Position numbers and translations under genes: made by a program | The notes under the pieces: generated by a model | Told to the model about the DNA's origin: nothing | The model's input: the letters and a program-made list of their open reading frames with translations, nothing else | The model's database searches: none | From: Catajapyx aquilonaris | Lineage: Eukaryota | NCBI GenBank assembly: GCA_000934665.2 | Contig: KZ538155.1 | Coordinates: 62,001 to 113,877 of the forward strand | Direction: 5' to 3' | Length of the DNA: 51,877 bases | Part shown: in pieces, positions 1 to 12,000 of the stretch | Position numbering within the stretch: position 1 is the first letter of the stretch | How the letters are laid out: each line of letters starts with the position of its first letter

Positions 1-30
1 CCCAAGGTTCTGAATGAGACCAAGATGCAG
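1..30 (+). CDS. MPDZ: MPDZ-like exon (partial, [10 protein letters not shown])
   Basis: Open frame ending CAG|gtgagc, phase 0, matching the next acceptor. Confidence 0.7.
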
Positions 31-3000
31 GTGAGCTTTTGATTTGACATGTTCACACCACATGTAGTTACACGTACAGCATTGTGTACGTATGTGAGCC
101 TGTTAGCATACAAATGAATTGTTCCTATAGAGTAGCATGGAATGCTTAATTTGCTTTATTGTTTCTGATGAATTGGGGTTTTTCAGGTTGAATTGAGTCC
201 ATTGATGGTGGCCACAGAGCGACTGATTCCACCCCAACCCATATCACCTCCGCGTCAGTCCACATCATCAGTGGAACCTGACGAGGAGGAAGATGAGGAC
301 AGTGGGGCAAGTGGAACAGAAGTCATGCCACCTCTGCCGCTTGCCCTGGAACGCAACCTGAAGATCCAGAAAGGCGCAGAACAACTGGGTAGGTCCCGAA
401 AACTAATTATGCTAAATGAGAACTACATAGTACAGCACATGCAGGTCCAGTTTGTATAACAGGACTATGAGAAATTGCTGTGCTGGTACTAGAGAAACTT
501 CAAAGGACTGTAGAAACTAGGCTTGTTTGTTGTAGGATTTTGTGTGCACAATTTCCGCAGGCAAATTAACCTTTGTGCACAAGTCATAGTTAATGAAATT
601 GACAGTTACAAATTGGACTCACTTTGTTTGGACTTTACTTTGTGCAAATATGTGAATGGAAATTTGGATTGTCACTAATTTCTATGCATTTCAGGCATCA
701 ATGTGGAGTCTGTGTCAAAGGGTGTGAATGGTGTAGTGGTGACTTCAGTGAGCAAAGGAGGGGCAGTCCACCAGGACGGGAGACTGCATGTGGGCGACTA
801 CATCCTATCTCTCAATCATGAAAATATGCGTCGTATCAGCACTTCCCAAGCGAGGGCCATCCTCAGACGTACTCAGTTACTCAACAGTGATGTCAGGTAA
901 GAGAGGCATCAGGATCAAGTGGATTTTGGTATACTTGATATTCAAACCATGGCTCCAACTTTCCCGGAATAAAACATAAACAGAGATGTCGGGGATAGTG
1001 CCATGGCAAAGTTGAGATCCCTCTGATAGCGTGGCAAATTCTGCCCGTCCCTTTTTTGCGCGGCTCCCACTTAAGGCCCTCCAGCTTTCAGAAGCCGCCC
1101 TGAAAATCCGTCCTGATATTTGTCTCTGCCAACTAGGGACAAGAATTTCTCGTATCATTGGGAAAAAGAAGGAAAAGGAGATAAAAGGAGAGGGTTCCAG
1201 ATCAATATGACGGGCAAGGAGGGAAAAAAAAGTTAAATAAAAAAAGTGAAGGTACTGCCAAGGAGAGGGACATCAAACGGAGTTTCCTTTTTAAGTGGTC
1301 TCGTTCCTTTGGCAGGTAGGGCATAAAAAAAGGGTGGGGCGGTCGGATTGATCTGGAGAATTGCAAATTTTATTTTGACACAGGAGGCAGAGCAGGTCCT
1401 TTCATCACATGTTTTCTTGGCTACTTTTTATGCAGGGAGATGAGTCTACGCATTAATGGAATGGCATGGTTGCATTAGGCTTGGTTTAATAATTTAAATA
1501 TGACACAGATTGGACTTGGATGTGAATTAAACCGTGGTGATTGTGTTCCAACTGTTTCAGCATCACGTACATACCAGGCAGTGACGCTGCAGTGCATAGA
1601 GAATCAGTGCTCATTCAGCGTCGCAAGGATGAAGAATTTGACGATACCCTTCCCAAGCAACTTGTCTCCAGGTGAGGAGGAATTCATGTCATATTCTTAG
1701 GGATTCCCATACACACGATCATTGTTCAGAATTTTCAGCTATATTATAAAGTGCATTTAATTGCAGTAACTTTTATCATTATTACTCAACTGCAGTGTAG
1801 TACATTGAAAATCACAAATTCAAATATCTGTCTTGCAGAGAGTATAACGATCATGGTGAGATGTTCACACCTGCATGACACAGATAAGCAGATGATAAAC
1901 CCTTTTGTAAAATGGAGATCTCAGGCATAAGATGTTATTTTATCAGTATTAATTTCATTTGTGATTTTTCAAAGTGTGAAAGTACAAGCCAAGTAATATG
2001 TTTATAATGATACATGATTTGCGCATTTCCAGCACATCACTGACCTTGGCAAAGAGTGAGGAGAAGTTGGACAGGCCAGAGAAGGTGGTTAAGTCACCAG
2101 AGAAAGTGACGAGGCTGTTGGACAAGGCCCCCTCTCCAGAAAAATTGACGAGATCACCAGAAAAGGTAGCTAGATCACCGGAAAAGGTGACCAAATCCCC
2201 AGAGAAGGTGACGAGGTCTCCAGAGAGATCGCCAGACAAGCCACCACTATCACCGGCAAAGGCAATAAGATCACCTGATAAGTCGCCATCACCTGATAAG
2301 TCGCCATCACCAACCAAGTCACCTGATAAACTGCCGCTATCACCTGACAAATTAGAGATACAGCCTGACAAGCTAGAAAGCCCGATAGAATCTGTTGCTG
2401 CCTTAACCCCAGCTGAATCAATCACAGAACCCACTCTGTCACCAGAGGGATTTGAGGGATTTGAGTCCAGCAGTGTCAGTGCTGACACCCTCACAGGTGC
2501 AACCGTCATTGCAGTAAAACCTTCGCCATCTGCTACGCCTGTCACTGATGAAAAGTCACGTGTCCAACCTGCTGAGAAACCTTCTGAAGCAAAAGTGACG
2601 CACGTGTCACAAGTCACGATCTTCCCAGTGCAGCCTCGGCGTTTTGAGGAATCGCCTGAACCGTCACCAGTGACGCCTCCTCCTGCATCGTCTCATGTCA
2701 CAGTCTCGCTCAAAAGCCATGCTGTTGCGCCTCCCAGGAGCGACTCGCTTGGTGACACTGGTGACGCGGTTGACGCTAGGGACACAGTCAGCCCCACCCC
2801 ACCAGCAATTCCCCCAAAACCTAACCCTAGACAGAGTCAACCGGCCTCTCCCGGAGCTTCAACAAGCACCAATGTCACGCAGGTTGGTGCCAGGAGTCGC
2901 TTAGAGTACTTCTGAGACGCTGCCCAGCACTGTTGGAAAAAATAATAAATGAATAAAGAGATGGGTGTGTGGGCGGCGTCTTCAACAGGGCATGCCATAC

Positions 3001-6000
3001 AGTCAGACCTCTGTATCTCACGAGGCAAAGGGGCCACCCCAAGAGGTAGCCATGTATGAAACTATATGGGATACGATAACTTTCAATTACCTAACAATAT
3101 TGTACTTCACACTCAATCAGATGTAACAGAAATTTAGAGAAAACTTTGGTTCTCGTAAATGTGCCATCCTTTCTGCAACACAATTTTTAGAGGCCCAGTG
3201 GCTGTACATGAAGATGTTTCCATGCAACTGATGCAGGTGTTGAAGAATCAGTACTTTCCAATCATTGCTCATGGTGCCGACACCAGCACTGTACTGGAAA
3301 GCTGATTCGCTATTTGTTGTGTCAGTTGCACAAGAATGTCCTTGTGTAAACCTACTTGCCTTTAGTGAAAGTCTCAGTTCACAATTAACATTCTCCAGAA
3401 TCTCTCAAGAGTGTGTTCATGTATTTGACAGTATTTATCCCAAGAGTCATTCTCATATTTCACCGTGAATCATTCCAGTAATAGTATGGTGCCATCCAGT
3501 TCCCCATCTCTTGAGCAACACTGCTTAGGTACTTGATAATTATGAAAAATAATTGACTTGTTTATTTTTTTATTGACATTCACCTACATTATTGTGAATA
3601 TTACATAATCTGAACGGTTTGCCCCTAAAGTCTGACAGATTCTTCTTAAAACTCTCAGAGAAACGTAATTTATGGAAGCTCAATCTCATTGGATGTTTTG
3701 ACTGTATGTGCATGACTTTTTGATTCGCCATTTTGGTTTGTTATTAGCTGACATGTAGTTATTGTTTGTCAGTACAGTATTCTGCACCTTTATTCACTAA
3801 TGCTTAGTGATTGGCGCACTGCCACTTTTGCAGCGTAGACGACACTTATGTAACCAGGGGTTTATTGATTTATAGTTGGTTTTAAATGGTGCCAATATTA
3901 TGTATAAAAAAAATAATATGTGCATCTCAGTGCACACAAAACTAAGGACCAATGTGGTGAAAATCACAATGCTCAATCACTTTCCAGTCACTTGTAGGTT
4001 GTGTAGGACCAAGTTTTAATGCCTATAGTTTTTTTTTTTAAATATCAGTGTCTTTTGGTGGTTAAATTTTTTTTGCATGCTTTGTCTTCCAGTTGATAGT
4101 ATTGAGAGAATCTTTTTAAGATGTTGCTTTGTTGTAATTGAAACTTGAACCTGAAAAACCCTTCCTTTTGCCATATGACGAAATGGCCGGAATTAGCATC
4201 ATTTTTGAAAATAAACGATATGGGGATCTGACAATTACTGAAGTCTGAGTGTTTAAATGGTCACACACAATCACGTCCTCTTTATTCCAGCTGGAACAAA
4301 AGAAAAGCGAAGTAATAGCATTCATTCCGCACCCTGTTGTTTTGCACTTTTTTTTTTCTGCACTCACTTTTATTTGGGATGGCAGCTCTGCGTAGCTGAA
4401 CTGCATGTAGCAATTATATATTTTTGGTTGATTATCTTGGCTGTATCTTGAGAGAAGAAAATGCTAATGTGTTATTTTTTGTTTCTATCACCACACCAAG
4501 TACTCTGTAATTGGCAGATCCCTTCTTTTATCCCACCATAATTCCATCGACCTAAACCCTTGCTCTTCGTGCCCCCCCCCCTCTCTCTCTTCTCTTTGAA
4601 ACATGTCATTTGCAACAGGGTCAGGTGCCTTCTGGCATGACGGGGAAGAGCGTCAGTCCCTCTGCATTGCTCCTCGCCAAGCACTGGGGACCTGAGAGGA
4701 CTGTGGAAGTGGCCAGGGAAGAGAATAGGAGCCTGGGAATCAGCATTGTTGGAGGGAAGGTGAGCATCATTTTCGGCAAAATGTGTAGCCAGTAGTGGAA
4801 GGTGTGGAAATTTAGGAAGTCGCTTGCTCAAAGTTTAAGAGTAGTTGGAACACAGTAAAACTTTAAGCATTTACTTGAGATAAATTACATGTAAGTCAGT
4901 CGGAATGATTGGAACCAACTGCATGCACATGGCGTCTTCAGGTATCTTGTGATCATCACTTAAATAGGCGTATTTTTATTTAAAATGTTTAAGAGGTTAT
5001 ATGTACACTAGCAGAAGCCGCGGATTTTGAGGACTAAATAGTCAGGGTTTGTTACATGTCTTCATTCTTTCAGGTGGATTTGTACAATGCTGGGCCTGAA
5101 AGTGGATCGGCCATCTCAGGAATTTTTATAAAGAATGTGTTGCCAGATAGCCCTGCTGGAAAGACGGGTCAATTGAAGGTAGAGTGTGATGATTTACCAG
5201 AATCTTGTGTCATAGTAATTGTGCTAATTATTGTTTTTTTTTTTTTTTCTAGACTGGGGATAGGATATTGGAAGTTGATGGGCAAAACTTACGGACAGCC
5301 AGCCACGAGAGGGCTGTAGAAGTTATACGTGGTGCAGGGAATCCAGTGAAATTCTTGGTCCAGAGCTTAGTGCAATGGGTGAGTTCACATTCTGCCTGCA
5401 TGTGTGGAGGACTAAAAGGGTTGATTTACAATAGGTAATTAAGACCTTCATTAATATTTACAACATGTACTTGGATTCCGCAATGGTATTGAAAGGGTTA
5501 TGAGCTTGGATTATTCATAAGAGTGAACAGGTCTGTATAATTCAATAGTAATGAACAAGTAGCGACACTAACATCGATACACCATTGATAGTAATCAGGG
5601 ATGAATTACTGATGAATGACCCTGATGTGAACTGCTTCATAAGAATGATATGTTTGTATGCATGTGGATCGTGGGTATATCATTATGCAGTATTACGTAC
5701 ATTTCATCATGTTAGATATGATGAGGAGCACAGATGCATGATAGCTAGCAGGATACTTTTGTGCTGCTCTTTTACATATTTTTTATTTCAAAATGTAACA
5801 TCAACGAGGTGAGAGAGATATTTTGAGAGTCCTCGTAGTAAGAACGCTTTGTTCTGTATATACCGTCGGTTACAAGAGGAACTTTTAAGCACCTATTCCA
5901 CTGGCAATTCTCAAGTACCACTCTTGATTCAGGTAGAAGCTCAAGCATCATTGTATTCTCCCAACATACCTGACCACTATTGAGCAGCTTGCTCTCTGCT

Positions 6001-9000
6001 TTCTGCTCAGGTACAGGTGGAGAAATGATTTCAAGGCATGCAGCTTTCTAATACGGAGAAGCTCTGCACCAAGTGTGGAATTTGAGTGGTGGCGGTAGAA
6101 CTGGCCTTAAACCAGTGTAGCATAGTTTTGCATGCATGTGGTAGCTTCCTGTCTCTACTAACTCTACTTGTCTTTATTCCTTCCCACCTGCCCCCTTCTC
6201 GATTTTTCTGTGTCTGCACTCTTCCCTCCGTGGCCTATTTGCATGTTTGCGTGCACAATCCCTTCATCAGAACTTTGAGGAAGACACAGTTCCAGAAATG
6301 GCCACCACACCTCCACCCTTGACTCCCCCAACTTCCCCTCTACCACACTCACCGTTGGACACAGTCCGCTCAGATGACACCACAAAAGAGGAGCGTGGAT
6401 CTTCCTCTCTCACGGTCCCTGAGGACAGCCACGCAAAGTCCCCATCCCCTGACCTAGAGAGCGAGACCTACTCCGAGTCAGAGGAGGGGTCCAAGATGAC
6501 CTTTCCTGATACTACCACTACGCCTTCTGAGCCGCAACCTGCTGCCACTCTAGAGGACAATTCTCTGTGTGTGTCCCCGAGTCCAAGCGATTTCTCCCCA
6601 CTCTCAAGGGTGGCACCCTACACCGAACCAATTGGGGAGGTGTCGGATGCAGAGTCCATCGTTAGGGTCATCACCTCTGCCTCCCTTCCAACCTTGCCCT
6701 TTTCCTCAGACGTCACTCCACCACCTTCCCTTGAGTCCGACCAGGTGAGGGTATAGTTCGAAGCCAGTAAATCTTTTGAAATTTAACAAATTATAGCAAT
6801 TCCAAAACATCCCTACAAGGCTTTTCTTCTTGGAAACAGAACCTTGTAACTGCCTTTGGTACTTGTATGACTGTAGTACATGTGATGAGAATTCATTTGG
6901 ATACTGTTTCGCTAGTTGCAATAGAAGCACAAGCTATCACTTAAATTGGATATTATTTCTACTGTTATGTAGACAACCATTTTGGCATTTGCAGGCATAA
7001 ATCTACGAACCAGATTGTCGTAATATTTTAACAAGTACTTTGTGTAAACAGGAAGCAAGTATTGTGTCATATTGATCCACTACATATAATAATGATTTAT
7101 TAAGTTGAAACACTATCCATAAGAATTTAGGAAAGAATAGCAGTTGGTTGTGTGTACCTAATGCAGAATACAGTACGGTTTTTAAAGGAAATTTGTGTAG
7201 GGATATGTTTGGACGCTCTGTACATAGCCTTAAATGATAGCGGAATTGATAGTGCTGCCCTGACCGAGTAGACTTAGGTGTAGGAATATTCGTGTAGACC
7301 TAACACTTAGATGGCTTTTTTGCTACACATGCACAGCGGGACACAATAGCCTTACTTCAGATGAAATCATACGTAGTTTGAAACACATTGTTGCATGTTT
7401 TGTTGTGCCTGTCCTGAAAATTGCTGCTCACTGTAAGGCATGTCATTACAGAAAATGTAACATGCCCAGCGCTGGCAAAATATGCGCTCCATGACATAAT
7501 AGAGTCTGCAGTTCTATTTTTCATTCAAGGGCATGTTCAGCTTTTACACATGATAACCTGATAAGTCCCATAAAGTTAGAGTGAGTCATCTCATATTTAT
7601 AGAAACGTTTCATTCCAATCTTGGTGGAAATATATGACATTTGGGCACAGTGGTAATGCATGTGTGAGATTCCAATTACTTTATGATTGTGGGTGATTGA
7701 CGCTGTGTGATATTGCATGGATGCTTTACAATGAGTCCTGTACTTTTTAGGGAGTTTGGTGCAGTTGTGTGTACTCATGACGGTAGTGTTTGTCATATGC
7801 AGTCTCCATTAGTAATGTTTGTGTACTGTGACAAATTCGCTGTAAGGGCAAACAGCCAGTGCCATTTTTCATTTCTTAGCCTGGACTGACGGATGAAAAG
7901 AGACAAAAACTGCAAGAGGAAACAAAGGCTCCTACACCACCCCCAGCAGAATCGGATTCTGAAGAATCAGACGAAGATTTAGGAAGAGATGCTCAAGGGA
8001 GGTTAACGAATAAGAGGGGAAAAGAGGTGAGCCAAATTGATGCCGAGGACTAGGGTTATTTTTACGCAGGACTGCATTTGCTAAACCATTATTTTTAATG
8101 ATCTTGCAGATTGACCGAGCAAGTGCTGGAAATATTAGGCGGCACAAAGCTGACATTGAGGCAGACCCTGATGATGAGGACGACTTTGGATACACATTAT
8201 GTGAGTACAGTTCATTTCATATTAATTTGTACAACATCTAGTACATGTACTAGGACTATGAGAGAAATGCAGGCAACAACGTATGTATCATGATGATTGC
8301 ATCGGGATACTTGGTGTGAACAGCACCCTATGCTGCCTGACATGATGATATGCACTTTGCATAAAATTATTTACCCGAGCATACCTGTGACTGCAAAATG
8401 TGTGATAGTAAAACATGGAGTGATTTATTTAAATGCCTATGTTTTAATGATGTGTATTTAATTGTCATTGATTGTTTGGTAAACAAGGTACAGCAGTGAA
8501 ATACTGGCCATTAAAGCTTGACAGGCAGAGACATTCCACGTATAGTACAGCTCTTTGTAGTATAACAGCAAGCACTCAATCAGGGGCATGCTGTACTCAT
8601 GGCCTGAATATCCAACGATGGGATTAAAAGTGCATATTGTGGACAATTTTCACAGGTGAATGTGTACATTAATAGAATAATGTTGACCACGCCATCATAC
8701 ATTGTTCATAATTGCTTTCAGATTAATTCTGTTGGACATGCACATTAATGGACATTGTGGGTGCTAAATATTGCCATTTGTTGTTGTACATAAGAACATG
8801 AAATTATCAGATAATAGGCATAAATACTGGATTGATAACATTGTCAGTAATATTTATGTGTTGCACTCACATGAAAGAAAGATGAGTAGGTCTCTCAGAG
8901 AGGATATACGTAACAAATCCAAGCCGTGGGAACCAGAAATTGGCAGATGATGTGATCGCATGCAGAAATGCAAACAATTCACTACACTGCTCTACTAAAA

Positions 9001-12000
9001 ACATTTGGCTCTGTTTTCCTAAAAATGATATTTGATCCAGCAGTCCATCTGCAATTTCACACTGCAGCATCGTCTGTGGATTTTCATTTCATGTCTACGT
9101 TCTCATGTTTTTTAAAAATCTACTCGGATTGCAGTATATAGTCACCACCAGACTGTATGAATGTTTAAATGGAAAGTCACTGGCATATATATAGAAACTT
9201 GTCACCATAAGGGAATCTCCAACACCTGCTGTGCAATACCGTACATTCCTTTTCCGCCCACACTGGTACCATATGTAAAAGAACAACAAAATCTGCGCAG
9301 CACTCATACGTAATAAATGAGCATTTATTAGCACCGCCCACATTTCATTACCGAGAGTACATCATCGGAAATGATTCTTCAAACAGACAGCTTTTTTCTC
9401 ACGCTTTAATTGAGCGCTCGCAATCTAGGCCTATACTGTACAGCTGCATATAGTTCTTCCCTCACTGTATTTGCAAGCCCTGCATATAGAGTGCTTATTG
9501 TACATTCATTTTGATGGAAATGCACTTGACTTTTGAAACGTTATTTGTTCTTCTTACTCTGTGGATAAGCCAAAGATTTGAAGTGTGGCCTGAGTATCGA
9601 TTCTCGCAAGCAGGTTTTGTATGCACTGATGTTTTTGGATGAAGCCAGCACCTTTGGCAACGAGCATAATCATACTGGCCGTAAAACATTTAACGCGTTG
9701 TCTTGTAGCGAATTTTAGCCGGCCCGAATTTACAGCCGCCATTCGAAATTTCAGACGACATCTTGGCAAAAAGGAATTTTGACGTGTTGTGCAGACAACT
9801 TGAGCCCTCAGCAGCTCATAAACCCAAATGGACATTATAGCATTCCAAGAAAACCTATCGATATATAGGCTGTGAAAATTTTCCGGCTCTGGAAGCTATT
9901 AAGGACTTCATAAAAGTTGCAGGCCGGCATTGTAAGCATTTTGAAAGCTGCAACTCAATTTGAGTTTGGGGGGTTGAAAACTTTTCATTGAGCGTTCGGT
10001 GGAATGAGAAAAAAAAAAAATTGGGGTTTTTAGAAAGGGAAAAGAGTCGTAGGAGAGCAATTTGAGCGGACTCCTTTCATCAAGGGTTGTTGCAGAATGA
10101 TTGCCTCAAAGTTTCTCTGTTGGCTAAATCGAGTTAATTGTTCCCCCGGCTGGAAATCATGCATATTTGTGCCCCCCAGTCTGTGACAACAGAGTTTGCC
10201 TTCATTGCTGGATTTTGCTCTCATATTGCAATCGATATTTCACCTTACAGCGATATTTGATGGGACACTTTCATGTCAGCCGAAAAGGCGGCGCAAGAAT
10301 TTTTTACAGAATTGAACGCGGATTGCCACTTAACAAATTAAAGTTTGCTCTGAAAGTGTGCTTTGTTGTATTGACGATTCAAGTTTACTGGTGCATCCTG
10401 ATGCCTCTGAAAGGTGGTGTCCCTTCGCGGGTTGCATTAAAAAATGATGCTGCGACTCCTCTGGGGATGAAACTTTTATGTTGCGTCCGGAGTATACGTA
10501 GGCGAAACCCTGCATAACGTTGCAAGCACCCCGGAAGAAAACTCCAGTGTTCGAGAACCAAGCGGGGGATCATGACTTATGCAAGACTTGAAGTGTTTTG
10601 CCAAATGTTGCATGAATCTGCACTTGAAAACACCTCCCCGCCTACTGCTGTTGAATGTTTAATGACCGCGAATTTGTGATGGTTTTGAGGGGTTCAAACC
10701 GGGTTCTCTCATAAGACACCCCCCAGATGTGCGGCCCCGTAATTGGCAGTTCGCAAAACCGAGTTAGAGGCCCCAGTGTGATTCATATTGCAACTGGATC
10801 CTCCTAACGAACTTAAGAGGATCGAATTTTTACCTTGTCTTTGAAGCCATGTTTTGTCTGTGGAGTTGAAAGCCGCTGAAAAGAGGAAGCTAGAGTTTCT
10901 ATAGGGACCGGTTGATGTCAGATACGATTTGTCTGCCCGGATTTTCAACATACCGCCTCCTCGATACTGTTTTGATTTTTTAAAAAATATAACAATACTT
11001 ACATGGCATTTCCATGATACCGGTCCTATTTCCTAAGCCTAGCAGTAAGTCGATTAGATGCGATTGCTACGAAGCAAATTTTGGCCTTTAGGATCGCAGT
11101 TCTCTCTGGAGTTTCACTTGACAGCTCGTTACACTGTTCTGACAACTACAGAAGCACAGCCTCCAGAGACACCTAAGACTCCGCTATCTCAGGTTTTTCT
11201 TCTCTTCCTTTTTCTCTCTCTCACTCTCTTCCTCTTTGGTCCAAACGAGGCTGGGATATTAGGAGAGATGGGAACGACCTTAACTTGGGGGAGTAATGAA
11301 GATGGCTGAGGGTGATTTCTAGAGCTGACACCGAAAGCGAGTATAACAAGGTCCGCTTTTTTTTTTTGTAATATGGGCCTGCTCACTACACTGTGTAGGT
11401 TTGATAATGCTGGAGAATTTTGGGACACTTTTTGGAGAATATCAGCGGCATATGGTATAGCTGGATGTAGTTAGCGATTCAGCAGCAGAGGCAGCCAATG
11501 GATAAGGCGGTTCAATGATTAATGGCGAGGCAACGGTGCCTAAAAAGTTGTGCGAGATAAATGGCTGTGTGCAAGGGAGCGGGAAAAGGCAGCGACTTTG
11601 CGCTTGATTGAAGGATCCTCCTTGGCAAATCGCAGTCCACTTAATCCGTAGTGTGGATTCCCCTCGAGTGGCTTTGGATAGAACAGAAAAGTAATCAAGC
11701 TTTCGAGACGACCTTCATTAAAAGACCCTTTGCCTTCAGGGTTGTCTGTAGCAGGTACCCGTTTCCTCTCTCTCTCTCTCTTTTTTTGCCACTCCTTGTC
11801 GTGCAATTAATTAGGAAAGTGTGTACCCCCGCTGCTAACGACTGCCTGATAACCTCTAATCACACTACTAATTTTCAAACTGGAGGGGGTTTGGAGATGC
11901 CATTATCTGAGATCGTAACCACAACCGTAACGTTATGGGAGCTGCAAAAAGGGGTTTTCGATACACGGCTGAAAATATCATTTTTGCCCCCTTTTTTATG

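Noticed and set aside
1955..2617. 220-aa minus-strand ORF with SGD repeats
   Set aside because: Antisense shadow of the SP(E/D)K repeat exon.
11125..11292. Possible phase 1-1 cassette exon with a TM-like stretch ([15 protein letters not shown])
   Set aside because: The hydrophobic run comes from a CT-rich low-complexity tract, the donor is weak, and it would split the conserved FGYTL-KV segment.
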